NCBI GenBank assembly: GCA_016218815.1
Contig: JACRCX010000097.1
Coordinates: 25,566 to 89,565, forward strand
Length of the DNA: 64,000 nucleotides
Origin: Deltaproteobacteria bacterium
GTDB lineage: Bacteria > Myxococcota_A > Polyangia > DRWM01 > JAAZOP01
Direction: 5' to 3'
In this document: in pieces, positions 17,809 through 26,712 of the stretch
How the letters are laid out: each line of letters opens with the position of its first letter
Position numbering within the stretch: position 1 is the first letter of the stretch
Position numbers and translations under genes: made by a program
The notes under the pieces: model-generated
Database searches by the model: none
What the model was told of the DNA's origin: nothing
What the model saw: the letters and a program-made list of their open reading frames with translations, nothing else

Positions 17809-18819
17809 ATGGGGCTGGTTCTGGTCACCGGAGCTGCGGGCCACGTCGGCGGCAACCTCGTCCGTGCGCTCCTCGCGCAGGGCCGCAACGTGCGGGTCCT
17901 GGTCCACAACGACACGCGCGCGATCGATGGGCTGGACGTCGAGCGCGTGAAGGGCGACGTGCTCGATCCGGTGACGCTGCGGCCCGCGGTCGACGGCGCC
18001 GAGGTCGTGTACCATCTGGCGGCGATCATCACGATCGAGGGCGATCCCGATGGCCGGGTCCGCCGGACCAACGTCGAAGGCCCGCACAACGTCGTCCAGG
18101 CGTGCCTCGACGCGAAGGTCAAGCGCCTGGTCCACTTCAGCTCGATCCACGCGTTCGAACAGGCCCCGCTGCTCGAACAGCTCGACGAGAAGCGGCCGCT
18201 GGAGAAGAGCGGACGCGCGCCGGTCTACGATCAGACCAAGGCGGCGGGCCAGCGCGAGGTCTGGGACGGAGTGAAGAAGGGCCTCGACGCCGTCATCGTG
18301 CACCCGACCTCGGTCATCGGCCCCTTCGACTTCAAGCCGTCCCGGCTGGGCCAGGTGCTCCTGGACCTGTACTTCCGCCGCCTGCCCTCGCTGGTCGGCG
18401 GCGGGTTCGATTGGGTCGACGTGCGCGACATCGTCGCCGGGGCGATCGCGGCGGAAACCCGGGGGCAGACCGGCACGAATTACCTTCTGGCCGGCAAGTG
18501 GCGCACCGTGAAGGAGCTGGCGCACGTGGCGGCGTCCGTGACGGGTGTCCGTCCGCCCCGCTTCACCTCGCCCCTCTGGCTGGCGAAGGTCGGCGTCCCG
18601 TTCGCCGTGGGCTGGGCGAAGCTGACGCGGTCTCGCCCGCTCTACACCTTCGAATCGCTCCACGCGCTCCAGTACTCCAACCGGGTGATCTCCAGCGAGC
18701 GCGCCGAGGCCGACCTGGGCTACTCGGCGCGACCGCTGGAGGAGACGATCGCCGACTCGTACGCGTGGTTCCGCGAGGCCGGCATGCTCGAGGGGGCGAA
18801 GCGGAAGGCCGTGAGTTGA
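17809..18819 (+). CDS. NAD(P)-dependent epimerase/dehydratase-family reductase (3beta-HSD / cinnamoyl-CoA reductase-like extended SDR).
   Basis: MGLVLVTGAAGHVGGNLVRALLAQG Rossmann motif at the N-terminus, with YxxxK region VYDQTKAAGQREV. The gene is 336 aa. Confidence 0.85.
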   Translation: MGLVLVTGAAGHVGGNLVRALLAQGRNVRVLVHNDTRAIDGLDVERVKGDVLDPVTLRPAVDGAEVVYHLAAIITIEGDPDGRVRRTNVEGPHNVVQACLDAKVKRLVHFSSIHAFEQAPLLEQLDEKRPLEKSGRAPVYDQTKAAGQREVWDGVKKGLDAVIVHPTSVIGPFDFKPSRLGQVLLDLYFRRLPSLVGGGFDWVDVRDIVAGAIAAETRGQTGTNYLLAGKWRTVKELAHVAASVTGVRPPRFTSPLWLAKVGVPFAVGWAKLTRSRPLYTFESLHALQYSNRVISSERAEADLGYSARPLEETIADSYAWFREAGMLEGAKRKAVS

Positions 18820-19577
18820 GCCCCGACGAACTCTATCGGCTCGTCTTCTGGGTCTGGCTCGGCATCGGCTCCGCCGTGTTCGTCCTGCTGCTCTTCGTGA
18901 CCGCCCCGTACGGACGCCACGGCCGCGGGGGATGGGGTCCGTCGATCCACTCCACGGCGGCCTGGGTCCTCATGGAGGCCCCCGCGCCGCTCGGGATGCT
19001 CGCCCTCTTCGCGATGGGCAACCGCACCACGGAGCTCGTCCCGCTGATCTTCCTGGTGCTGTGGGAAGCGCACTACCTCCAGCGCACCTTCGTCTTCCCG
19101 TTCCGGCGCCGCGCCGGCGACCGGCGGACGCCGCTGGTGATCGTCGCCATCGCGCTCCTGTTCAACCTGGTCAACGCCTACCTCCAGGGCGCCTGGCTCT
19201 TCGACCTCGGCCCTCGCCTCGGCCGCGACTGGCTCCTCGATCCCCGGTTCCTTTGCGGCGCGGCGCTGTTCGTCGCCGGTATGGCCATCAACATCCACTC
19301 GGACGAGGTGCTGCGCCGGCTCCGCAAGCCGGGCGAGTCCGGCTACAAGGTCCCGAGCGGGGGCCTGCACCGCCTGGTCGCCTCGCCCAACTACCTGGGT
19401 GAGCTGATGGAGTGGTTCGGGTGGGCCCTCTTCACCTGGTCCCTGGGCGGCATCGCCTTCGCCGTCTGGACCGCCGCCAACCTCGTGCCCCGCGCGATCT
19501 CCCACCGCCGCTGGTACCGCAAGACCTTCGCCGACTACCCCCCGGAGCGCAAGGCGCTGATCCCCTGGGTGCTGTGA
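18816..19577 (+). CDS. Steroid 5-alpha-reductase / DUF1295-family polytopic membrane protein (3-oxo-5-alpha-steroid 4-dehydrogenase C-terminal domain-like). It is translationally coupled to the upstream epimerase.
   Basis: TTG start overlapping the upstream stop (TTGA). C-terminal ...SGGLHRLVASPNYLGELMEWFGWALFTWS is the conserved signature of this family. Several TM helices. Confidence 0.7.
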   Translation: MSPDELYRLVFWVWLGIGSAVFVLLLFVTAPYGRHGRGGWGPSIHSTAAWVLMEAPAPLGMLALFAMGNRTTELVPLIFLVLWEAHYLQRTFVFPFRRRAGDRRTPLVIVAIALLFNLVNAYLQGAWLFDLGPRLGRDWLLDPRFLCGAALFVAGMAINIHSDEVLRRLRKPGESGYKVPSGGLHRLVASPNYLGELMEWFGWALFTWSLGGIAFAVWTAANLVPRAISHRRWYRKTFADYPPERKALIPWVL

Positions 19578-19672
19578 CGGCACCGCGAACCCCGACGTGT
19601 TGACAGCACGGGGGACGGCTGAGAGCATCCGTGGCCGACGTCGTGCCGCAGGACGGAAAGGAGACCCCGTTC

Positions 19673-20197
19673 ATGACATTCCCGATTCCCTCACCGCTCC
19701 GCTCGATCCCGCTTCTGGTCGTCGCCGCCGCCTCGATCGCTCAGCCGGCGTGCCGCAAGAAGTCCGCCGCGTCCGGCGAGTCCGCCGCGACCACCGGACA
19801 CGCGGAGGTCGAGGCGGCCGCGACCCCGTCCGAGGTCGTCGGGCCCGACGGCGACGAGGCATCCACGGCTCGGCCGCCGGAGGGCCCCGGGACATCCGCT
19901 CCGCCCCAACCCGCCGACGCCGCCGCGGCCGATCCCGGGGACGCGGCAGCAGCCGCAACGCCGGACGCCGAGGCGACCGCCGCCGAGGACGCCCCGGCCG
20001 TCCCCGCCATCGATGCCGCGGCCCTCGTCCAGTCGCGCTGCACGCGCTGCCATACCGCGGCGCGCATCGAGCGCGCGCGCGGCCGCGATCGCGACTGGTG
20101 GGACCGGACGGTGGGGAGCATGGTCCGCAAGGGCGCCCGGATCAACGACGAGGAACGTGCGGCTTTGGTCGAGTACCTCAGCACCCCTGTCGAGTAG
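19673..20197 (+). CDS. Small putative mono-heme c-type cytochrome-like lipoprotein (CTRCH = CXXCH) with Ala/Pro/Asp-rich linker.
   Basis: MTFPIPSPLRSIPLLVVAAASIAQPAC lipoprotein signal and single CXXCH motif in the C-terminal 60 aa (VQSRCTRCHTAARIERARGRDRDWWDRTV). Confidence 0.5.
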   Translation: MTFPIPSPLRSIPLLVVAAASIAQPACRKKSAASGESAATTGHAEVEAAATPSEVVGPDGDEASTARPPEGPGTSAPPQPADAAAADPGDAAAAATPDAEATAAEDAPAVPAIDAAALVQSRCTRCHTAARIERARGRDRDWWDRTVGSMVRKGARINDEERAALVEYLSTPVE

Positions 20198-20260
20198 GCG
20201 TTTCTCGTTTTTCGTTTCCGGATCCGGCGGGGCGCCGGGCAACAGGCCTGCCGCCCGCGC

Positions 20261-21358
20261 TCAGGGCCGCCACTGCTCCCCGATCCACTTCCACACGGCT
20301 TCCGCCCACGCCTCGGCCCGCTGGTTCCCGAAGTGGTCGTGGCCTCGGCCGGCGTTGGGAACGGCGACGGGGCGCGAATCGAAGTACGGGCACGACCCCG
20401 TCCGCCCCCGTGCTTCCTCGACGAACTCGTCGACACCTGCCAGGCGCGGGGGGCCGATCCAGAAGCAGCGGCGCTCGCCGACCCGCTCCGCCAGCCGGTC
20501 CCACCAGTGCAGGTATTCCGCCGGATCGTGCAGGTCGAACTCGTTGGTCCCGAGCGTCACGATGACGACGTCCGGCGCGACGTCACGCAGCAGCCCCGCC
20601 AGCCGATCGGAGCCGAGCCAGCGGGGAGCCCCGGCGCCCTCCCAACCTTCGAGGCGGTAGGTGCCGCCCGCCTCGCGGACCAACTCGCCCAGGCGCCTGC
20701 CGTAGCGCCCCGCCGCCAACGAGTCCCCGATGTGCAGCACCGACAGGCCCGCCCACGTCACTCGCACCTCGGCCGGCGGCGGCTCCAGGAGGACCTCGTC
20801 CCCACGGTCGTCGACCAGACGAAGGGCAAGGCGCAGCGACACCAGGCCGGCGGCGGTCGGCGCGCGGACCGGGGCCAGGGGCAGACGCAGGGAAGCCTCC
20901 GGCTCGATCGTGATCCACTCGCCCGCCTCCGGCAAGGCGGGCGCTGTCCCGGCGCCGAGCCGCACGCTTGCCGTGCCGCCACCCTCGAGCTCGATTCGCA
21001 TCGCGGGCGGGGCACCCGAGCCGGCGTCGGCGAACCGCACGTGGGCCGCCGTGACTCCCCGGTTTTCGAGCAGGAGAGCCACCTCGAACGGACGGTCCGC
21101 GACGACTTCCTCGGGCACCACGAGACGCCCGACGAGCGGCGGAACGGGCATCGACGTCCCTTCGCCGCCGTCTTCGAACGGAGAGGACGTCTCCGGCGTC
21201 GTCGTCGAGCCCGCGTCGACCGGCGCCGGCATGACCACGTCGAGCGCACCCGCGGGCGCGCTGCGACCCGAACCGGCCGCCGGCTCCGCGGTTCCACGGC
21301 AGGCGAGGGCGGCGAACGGCAGGAGGAGGATTGGCAGGCAACTGCGGCGTCCGGGCAT
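20261..21358 (-). CDS. SGNH/GDSL-family hydrolase lipoprotein with an N-terminal beta-domain.
   Basis: Signal MPGRRSCLPILLLPFAALAC, GDSL block LSVLHIGDSLAAG, and C-terminal block with DHFGNQ (catalytic Asp/His region). Confidence 0.75.
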   Translation of the reverse strand: MPGRRSCLPILLLPFAALACRGTAEPAAGSGRSAPAGALDVVMPAPVDAGSTTTPETSSPFEDGGEGTSMPVPPLVGRLVVPEEVVADRPFEVALLLENRGVTAAHVRFADAGSGAPPAMRIELEGGGTASVRLGAGTAPALPEAGEWITIEPEASLRLPLAPVRAPTAAGLVSLRLALRLVDDRGDEVLLEPPPAEVRVTWAGLSVLHIGDSLAAGRYGRRLGELVREAGGTYRLEGWEGAGAPRWLGSDRLAGLLRDVAPDVVIVTLGTNEFDLHDPAEYLHWWDRLAERVGERRCFWIGPPRLAGVDEFVEEARGRTGSCPYFDSRPVAVPNAGRGHDHFGNQRAEAWAEAVWKWIGEQWRP

Positions 21359-21365
21359 CGGCAGG

Positions 21366-21380
21366 TAGTAGTACCACTAC
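21366..21380. promoter_or_regulatory. AT-rich perfect palindrome AGTAGT-ACC-ACTACT in the divergent promoter region between the GDSL hydrolase gene and the lipoprotein gene 21497-22855; candidate operator.
   Basis: 6+3+6 inverted repeat in a 72% GC background, 120 nt upstream of the ATG at 21497 and immediately upstream of the minus-strand gene start at 21358. Confidence 0.35.
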
Positions 21381-21496
21381 TCGGGGAGAACGGAGCGCCA
21401 ATCAGCCGGACGTGCAGCGGACGAGGCTTCAGCCCCGGGAAGCGCTGGACCCGGAACGCCGGCTGCGGTACACCCGCGTTCGGGAGGAGACACCCC

Positions 21497-22855
21497 ATGC
21501 AACGAACGACCTGTCTCGCGCTCGGTCTGGCCCTCACCGCCCTGTCCGGGTGCACGTCGGACGGCGGCTCGTCCGCGGACGACGGGGGCATCGACGTCCC
21601 GCCCGGAGACGACGCCGGGATTGACACGCCGCCCGGAGACGACGCCGCACCCCCCCCGGACGGCGGTGACGAATCCGACGCGACGGTCCCCGACGACGGC
21701 ACGACGGACTTGCCGCCCGCGGAGGACGCCGGCGCCGACGAGACGACCCCGCCGCCGTGCTCCACGACGCTCGCCGATCGCCTGCGGGTGACCACCGTCG
21801 ACGTCTCGCCCTACACCGTCGAAACCTACGGCGGCGGGTACTGGTCGGCCGATCGGCCGGTGAGCCTGGCGACCCAACCGGACGGTTCGTCGCGCGTGGC
21901 CTGGACCGACGGCACCGGCGCGGTCCACGTGACGCCGCTGGACGCCTCCGACGCCCGGCGCAGCACCGACTGGAGCGGGCCGGGAACCGAGTTGCGCGGC
22001 TTCGTCGCGATGGACGACGGCGCCGCGGTGCTCGTGCGCCGGGACGACGAAATGGTCGCCGTGCGCTTCGGCGACTCGGACGGCGTCCGGTTCACGGTCG
22101 TCACCGTCGGCGGGTCGTCGCACGACGTCGAGAACTCGCGCTGGATCGACGACTGGTCGCACGACGGCCGCCTCGCCTGGTCCGGCACGCAGCTCGCCAT
22201 CTACCACGGCCAGACGGGCAACTGGGGTTCCTCGGGCAACCATCAGGGCGACCGGCTCGAGTACCTCGACGCCTCGGGAGCGCGCAGCGGCGCCGGCTGG
22301 GACTGGGGCTGCTCCCACAGCCTCGACGTACGCCTGGCCTGGAACGGCACGGCGTTCGGCCCCGTGTGCCTCTCGGACTGCTATCCGGGGAAGGGGATCT
22401 ACTTCGCCCACAACTACCTGGTTCGCGACGAACCGTCCGGGAATTGCGCGGGAACCAGCGACGCCTCGCTCGGCGGCCTCGTCCCCGTCGCCGACGGCTT
22501 CTGGCTCAGTTTCGTCACGCGCGAGGGGCGCGCCTCGGCGGACGTCGGGCTGGTCCATGTTGCAAACGACGGGACGCCGGGGACCCCGTTCTTCCTGACC
22601 GACACCGCCGGTCGCGACGAGTCCGCGGCGCACCTGGCCGCCTACGGCCCGAACCTCCTCGCGGCGTGGCAAGACCGGACCGAGGCGAACTTCGCCGTCG
22701 TGTCCTCGGCGGGCACCTTCGTGGAGGGACCGGTGGTGCTGACGGCGTCGTTCGCGGCGCGGGACGACTTCGTCAACTGGCCGAACGGCGACGCCGGCTG
22801 GGCCGTCGGCGCGGGGTCGGCGTTGCAGGTGTATCGCCTGGCGCGGTGCGAGTAG
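21497..22855 (+). CDS. Hypothetical lipoprotein (453 aa) with Asp/Pro-rich linker and a Trp-rich beta domain.
   Basis: MQRTTCLALGLALTALSGC lipobox. The remainder has natural composition (many W, Y, G, D). The track ORF 20333-22855 is over-extended upstream. Confidence 0.65.
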   Translation: MQRTTCLALGLALTALSGCTSDGGSSADDGGIDVPPGDDAGIDTPPGDDAAPPPDGGDESDATVPDDGTTDLPPAEDAGADETTPPPCSTTLADRLRVTTVDVSPYTVETYGGGYWSADRPVSLATQPDGSSRVAWTDGTGAVHVTPLDASDARRSTDWSGPGTELRGFVAMDDGAAVLVRRDDEMVAVRFGDSDGVRFTVVTVGGSSHDVENSRWIDDWSHDGRLAWSGTQLAIYHGQTGNWGSSGNHQGDRLEYLDASGARSGAGWDWGCSHSLDVRLAWNGTAFGPVCLSDCYPGKGIYFAHNYLVRDEPSGNCAGTSDASLGGLVPVADGFWLSFVTREGRASADVGLVHVANDGTPGTPFFLTDTAGRDESAAHLAAYGPNLLAAWQDRTEANFAVVSSAGTFVEGPVVLTASFAARDDFVNWPNGDAGWAVGAGSALQVYRLARCE

Positions 22856-22862
22856 CACGGAA

Positions 22863-22932
22863 GCGAGCGGTCGAGAGGGGCAGGCGAGCGGACGAGCGGA
22901 CGAGCGGACGGGCGGGCAGGCGAGCGGACGCG
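22863..22932 (+). repeat. Tandem array of GAGCGGAC octamers (GGCGAGCGGACGAGCGGACGAGCGGACGGGCGGGCAGGCGAGCGGAC) directly upstream of the SDR gene start.
   Basis: Seen directly. The same motif family, in the same orientation relative to the downstream gene, occurs at 28705-28818. Confidence 0.65.
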
Positions 22933-22948
22933 GGAAGGGAGGTGCGGT

Positions 22949-23773
22949 GTGGGATGGTTCGACGACCGGGTGGCGCTGGTGACGGGGGCGTCCTCGGGGA
23001 TCGGCGCGGCATTGGCGCGGGAGTTCGCGCGCGAAGGTGCGGACGTGGTGCTCTGTGCGCGGCGCGAGGAGCTGCTGCGAACGGTGGCGAAGGACGTGGA
23101 GGCGGCAGGGCGGAAGGCCCTGATCGCCGGGTGCGACGTCACGAAGGACGGCGACTGCGAGCGGGCGGTGGCGGCGGCGCTCGAGCGTTTCGGAAAGCTC
23201 GACGTCGTCGTCGCCAACGCGGGCTTCGGAGTGATCGGCCGGGTCGACGAGATCGGTCTGGAGGACTACCGCCGCCAGATGGAGGTCAACGTCTTCGGCG
23301 TGCTGCGCACGCTGTATGCCTCGCTGCCGGAGCTGAAAAAGACCCGCGGACGTTTCGTCGTCACGGGCAGCGTGAGCGGCCACCTGCCGCTGGGCAACAC
23401 CTCTGCCTACTGCATGAGCAAGTTCGCCGTGCGAGGGTGGGCGGAGGCGGCGCACGACGAGCTGGCCCGCGACGGCGTGACCGTGACCCTGGTCAGCCCG
23501 GGCTTCGTGGAGACCGACATCCGGCGCATCGACAACCAGGGGAAGCTTCGCGAGGGCGCACGCGACCCGATCCCCAAGTGGCTGCGCTTGTCGGCCGAGG
23601 ACGCGGCGCGCTCGATCGTGGTCGCCGCCGCGGACCGCAAGCGCGAGATCGTTCTCACGTTCCACGGGAAGGCGGCCGTCTTCGCCTACCGGCATTTCCC
23701 GTGGCTCGTCCACGGGGTCCTGGCGCGCGCCGTGGGGAAGAAGCGATCGCGGGCGTTCCGGGAAGAGAAGTGA
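22949..23773 (+). CDS. Short-chain dehydrogenase/reductase (classical SDR, 274 aa).
   Basis: TGASSGIGAALAREFAREGADVVLCAR Rossmann motif, NAG motif VVANAGFG, and catalytic S...YxxxK (SAYCMSKFAVRGW). GTG start. Confidence 0.85.
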   Translation: MGWFDDRVALVTGASSGIGAALAREFAREGADVVLCARREELLRTVAKDVEAAGRKALIAGCDVTKDGDCERAVAAALERFGKLDVVVANAGFGVIGRVDEIGLEDYRRQMEVNVFGVLRTLYASLPELKKTRGRFVVTGSVSGHLPLGNTSAYCMSKFAVRGWAEAAHDELARDGVTVTLVSPGFVETDIRRIDNQGKLREGARDPIPKWLRLSAEDAARSIVVAAADRKREIVLTFHGKAAVFAYRHFPWLVHGVLARAVGKKRSRAFREEK

Positions 23774-23788
23774 GCGTCCGGCGAGGGT

Positions 23789-23985
23789 GCAGTTTTCGGT
23801 GTTCGGTTTTCGGTCTTCAGCCCCTACCGGGGGGTCCGGACTGATCTACTACCTTCCGATTCCTTCGCGGCACGCGAAGGAACTGTCGACTCTCGACTCT
23901 CGACTGTTGACGCGTGGCCAGGGGCCGCTTTGGTTGCGGCCCCTGGCCGCGCTATGAACCGAGAACTGAGAACCGAGAACTACGA
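23789..23985. mobile_element. MITE-like palindromic element (about 200 bp). Imperfect terminal inverted repeats made of GTT(T/C)TCGGT-type tandem units (CAGTTTTCGGTGTTCGGTTTTCGGTCTTCAG ... GAACCGAGAACTGAGAACCGAGAACTAC), internal TCGACTC x3 and a perfect GC hairpin GGCCAGGGGCCGC-N9-GCGGCCCCTGGCC.
   Basis: Structure read directly. It lies between convergent genes (SDR and CoxE-like VWA). A shorter sibling is inserted inside the CDS at 34117-34214. Confidence 0.55.
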
Positions 23986-25218
23986 AGCCGCCGGCACGGG
24001 CGCCTGCCGCCTCGCACCCACCAACGCACGAATCGCGGCGTCCAGCCCGTCCAGGGTGAGGGCGTACATCGGAAAGATGCGGGCGATGACGGACGCGGTG
24101 CCGTGGCGCCACGCCTGGGGCGGCTCGGGGTTGAGCCACGCGGCGCGGGGCCAGCGGCGCGCAAAGCGCAACAGCCAGTCGCGGCCCGCCTCGGGGTCGT
24201 TCTCGTAGCGGTACAGCGCACCCCAGGGGTCCATCAGCTCGCTGGGCGCCATCGACGCGTCGCCCACCAGCAGCAGCTTGTACCGCTCGTCCAGCAGCCG
24301 CATCACGTCGCCCGTGCGCACGCCCTCCTGGAGCCAGTTGTCCTGGTAGATCTTCCCGTAGACGCAGTTGTGGAAGAAGTAGAAGCGAAAGTCCTTCAGG
24401 TGCCGCGAGGCGTGGGCGGCGGAGAAGAGGTGCTCGACGAGCTGCGCGTAGGGCTCCATCGAGCCCCCGACGTCCATCATCAGCACCAGCTTCACGTCGT
24501 TGATCCGCGGCGCGCGGAAGATCAGCTCCAGCTCGCCCGCGTTCTTCGTCGTCTGGCGGATCGTCCCGTCCAGGTCCAGCTCGTCCTTGCAGCCCTCGCG
24601 CCGGAGCTGCCGCAGCCCGCGCAACGCCACCTTGAGCTGCCGCGTGTCCAGGACCCGGTCGTGGCGGTAGGTGCGGAAACGCCGCTCCTCGGCGACGCGG
24701 ATCGCGCTACGCGCACCTCCCGGCCCTCCGACGCGTAAACCCGACGGATGCCGGCCGCCGTGGCCGAACGGCGACGTCCCGCCGGTGCCGATCCAGTGGC
24801 TGCCGCCGTGGTGCGCCTCCTGCTGCTCCCGGAGCCGCTCCTCGAACATCTTGAGCAGCTCCTCCAGACCCAAGGTCTTGAGCTGCGCCAGCAGCTCGGG
24901 CGAGAGCGTCCGATCCCAACGCAACGGGTCGGCCAGCCACTCGCGCAGCTTCTCGGGCAAGTCGATCGGCAACTCGAGCCCCCGGAAGACCTCCAGGAAC
25001 GCCTCGTCGAAGGCGTCGAAGTGCGCCTCGGTCTTGACCAGCAGCGACCGGCACAGGTGGTAGAAGCCCGTCAACGTCTGCCGCTCCAGCCCCAGCGACA
25101 GCGCCTGCATCAGCGCCAGCCACTCCTGGAGCGAGACCGGCACCCCCCTCTTGCGCAGCGCGAAAAACAGGTCGAGGAACACCCCCGTCGCCTGCGTGCT
25201 GCCTGCGTTCATCGCCAT
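23980..25218 (-). CDS. CoxE-like VWA-domain protein (VWA containing CoxE family, partner of MoxR ATPases).
   Basis: Internal ATG 25216-25218 (MAMNAGSTQATGVFLDLFFALRKRGVPVSLQEWLAL...) confirmed. The C-terminal region KLVLMMDVGGSMEPYAQLVEHLF... is a VWA MIDAS-like block typical of CoxE/VWA partners. The upstream 78 aa of the track ORF is rejected. Confidence 0.8.
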   Translation of the reverse strand: MAMNAGSTQATGVFLDLFFALRKRGVPVSLQEWLALMQALSLGLERQTLTGFYHLCRSLLVKTEAHFDAFDEAFLEVFRGLELPIDLPEKLREWLADPLRWDRTLSPELLAQLKTLGLEELLKMFEERLREQQEAHHGGSHWIGTGGTSPFGHGGRHPSGLRVGGPGGARSAIRVAEERRFRTYRHDRVLDTRQLKVALRGLRQLRREGCKDELDLDGTIRQTTKNAGELELIFRAPRINDVKLVLMMDVGGSMEPYAQLVEHLFSAAHASRHLKDFRFYFFHNCVYGKIYQDNWLQEGVRTGDVMRLLDERYKLLLVGDASMAPSELMDPWGALYRYENDPEAGRDWLLRFARRWPRAAWLNPEPPQAWRHGTASVIARIFPMYALTLDGLDAAIRALVGARRQAPVPAAS

Positions 25219-26075
25219 CGATAATCCGCGCCGGGCTTGCGCGGCTGGGTGCGCCCGTGGATCGCGGCCGAGGCGACCTCGAAGTCGGTCTCCTTCTTGA
25301 TCAGCGTCCCCAGGAACGGGACGTCGTTCTTGAGCGCGTCCACGCCGAGCCCTCCCCGCTGGAGCGCCGCGATCCAGTCGATCAGCTCGGACGTCGACGG
25401 CGGCTTGCGCAGCTCGACGTTCTCCCGCAGCCAGTAGAAGCGCTCCAGGCACTTCTCCAACAGCTTCTGCGGCAGGTCGGGATGATGGACGCGGACGATC
25501 TGCGCCATCAGCTCGGCGCCCGGGAACTCGATGAAGTGGAAGACGCAGCGGCGCAGGAACGCGTCCGGCAGCTCCTTCTCGTTGTTGCTCGTGATGAGCA
25601 CCACCGGCCGCTGCCGCGCGACGAACTCGTCCCCTGTCTCCTGCACGGTGAAGCGCATCTCGTCCAACTCGCGCAGGAGGTCGTTGGGAAACTCGAGGTC
25701 GGCCTTGTCGATCTCATCGATCAGGAGCACGACGCGCTGCTCGGCGCGGAACGCCTCGCCCAGCGGGCCGGGACGGATGTACTGGCGGATGTCGCGGACG
25801 TCCTTGTCGCCGAAGCGCGAGTCGTGCAGGCGCGCCACCGTGTCGTAGACGTACAGCCCCTCGGCCGCCTTGGTGGTGGACTTGATGTACCACTTGATGA
25901 GCGGCATCCCGAGCGCCTCGGCCACGTTCTCGGCCAGGAGCGTCTTGCCCGTGCCGGGCTCGCCGCGGACCAGGAGCGGGCGGGCGAGCGCCACGGCGAC
26001 GTTGACCGCGTCGCGCAGCTCGGGGGACGCGATGTACCGTTTCGTGCCCTGGAATAGATCGAACCGCTGCGGCAT
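25209..26075 (-). CDS. MoxR-family AAA+ ATPase (CoxD-like).
   Basis: MPQRFDLFQGTKRYIASPELRDAVNVAVALARPLLVRGEPGTGKTLLAENVAEALGMPLIKW...VVLLIDEIDKADLEFPNDLLRELDEMRF is a canonical MoxR AAA_3 core. ATG confirmed at 26073-26075. It overlaps the CoxE-like gene by 10 nt. Confidence 0.9.
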   Translation of the reverse strand: MPQRFDLFQGTKRYIASPELRDAVNVAVALARPLLVRGEPGTGKTLLAENVAEALGMPLIKWYIKSTTKAAEGLYVYDTVARLHDSRFGDKDVRDIRQYIRPGPLGEAFRAEQRVVLLIDEIDKADLEFPNDLLRELDEMRFTVQETGDEFVARQRPVVLITSNNEKELPDAFLRRCVFHFIEFPGAELMAQIVRVHHPDLPQKLLEKCLERFYWLRENVELRKPPSTSELIDWIAALQRGGLGVDALKNDVPFLGTLIKKETDFEVASAAIHGRTQPRKPGADYRWR

Positions 26076-26144
26076 GAAACCTCTGCTCCCCCACACGAAG
26101 ACCGCGATCCTTGTACTCGACGAGGGTGGGGGGGGCAAGGGGGG

Positions 26145-26200
26145 AAGGGAATTTCGCGCAAAGGGCGCAAAGAAACGCAAAGAGGCGCAAAGGGGGGGAG
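26145..26200 (-). repeat. Array of CTTTGCG(C) direct repeats (minus-strand reading: CCTTTGCGCCTCTTTGCGTTTCTTTGCGCCCTTTGCGCGAAATTCCC), 70 nt upstream of the MoxR start.
   Basis: Seen directly. Related arrays are at 31668-31722, 45598-45725 and 49258-49305. Confidence 0.65.
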
Positions 26201-26213
26201 CAGGCGGGCAGGG

Positions 26214-26651
26214 TCAGCCGGGGTACTTGCCCATGATGTAGTCGGTCAGGTGCCGGACCTCGACCTCGGCCTGCTGGGCCTTGGCCTTGACCACGTCGCC
26301 GATGGAAACGATGCCGGCCAGACGGCCGTCGTCCATGATCGGCAGGTGGCGGATGCGCCGGGCGGTCATGAGGTCCATGACGTAGTCCAGCGAATCGCCG
26401 GGAATGCCGATCAGGACGTCCCGGGTCATGACGTCGGACGTCTTCCGGGCTTTCAGCTCGTCGAAGTGCCGGGCGTTCTCCCGCAGCAAGTCGCGCTCGG
26501 TGAGGATGCCCACGATTCGCTCTCCTTCGATCACGAGCAGAGCGCCGACGCCGGCTTCCGTCAACGTCTTGACGGCCTGGTACAGCGGCGTGTCCGGGCC
26601 GATGGAAACGACTGTCGAACCCTTGTTGCGTAGGATCTCGGCGACCGTCAT
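26214..26651 (-). CDS. CBS-domain pair protein (about 145 aa).
   Basis: Two CBS modules are present: VAEILRNKGSTVVSIGPDTPLYQAVKTLTEAGVGALLVIEGERIVGILTERDLL and VMTRDVLIGIPGDSLDYVMDLMTARRIRHLPIMDDGRLAGIVSIGDVVK. Confidence 0.8.
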   Translation of the reverse strand: MTVAEILRNKGSTVVSIGPDTPLYQAVKTLTEAGVGALLVIEGERIVGILTERDLLRENARHFDELKARKTSDVMTRDVLIGIPGDSLDYVMDLMTARRIRHLPIMDDGRLAGIVSIGDVVKAKAQQAEVEVRHLTDYIMGKYPG

Positions 26652-26712
26652 GGCTCCCTCCTTCACGGGACAGCCATAAGCCCTCGATCCGAAAGGTCAA
26701 CCGGGGTGCGGC

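Noticed and set aside
22863-22932. A possible CRISPR array suggested by short tandem repeats (GAGCGGAC units here and at 28705-28818, CTTTGCG arrays elsewhere)
   Set aside because: The units are 8-27 nt and imperfect, with no unique spacers of regular length and no cas genes. They are simple tandem or direct-repeat arrays.
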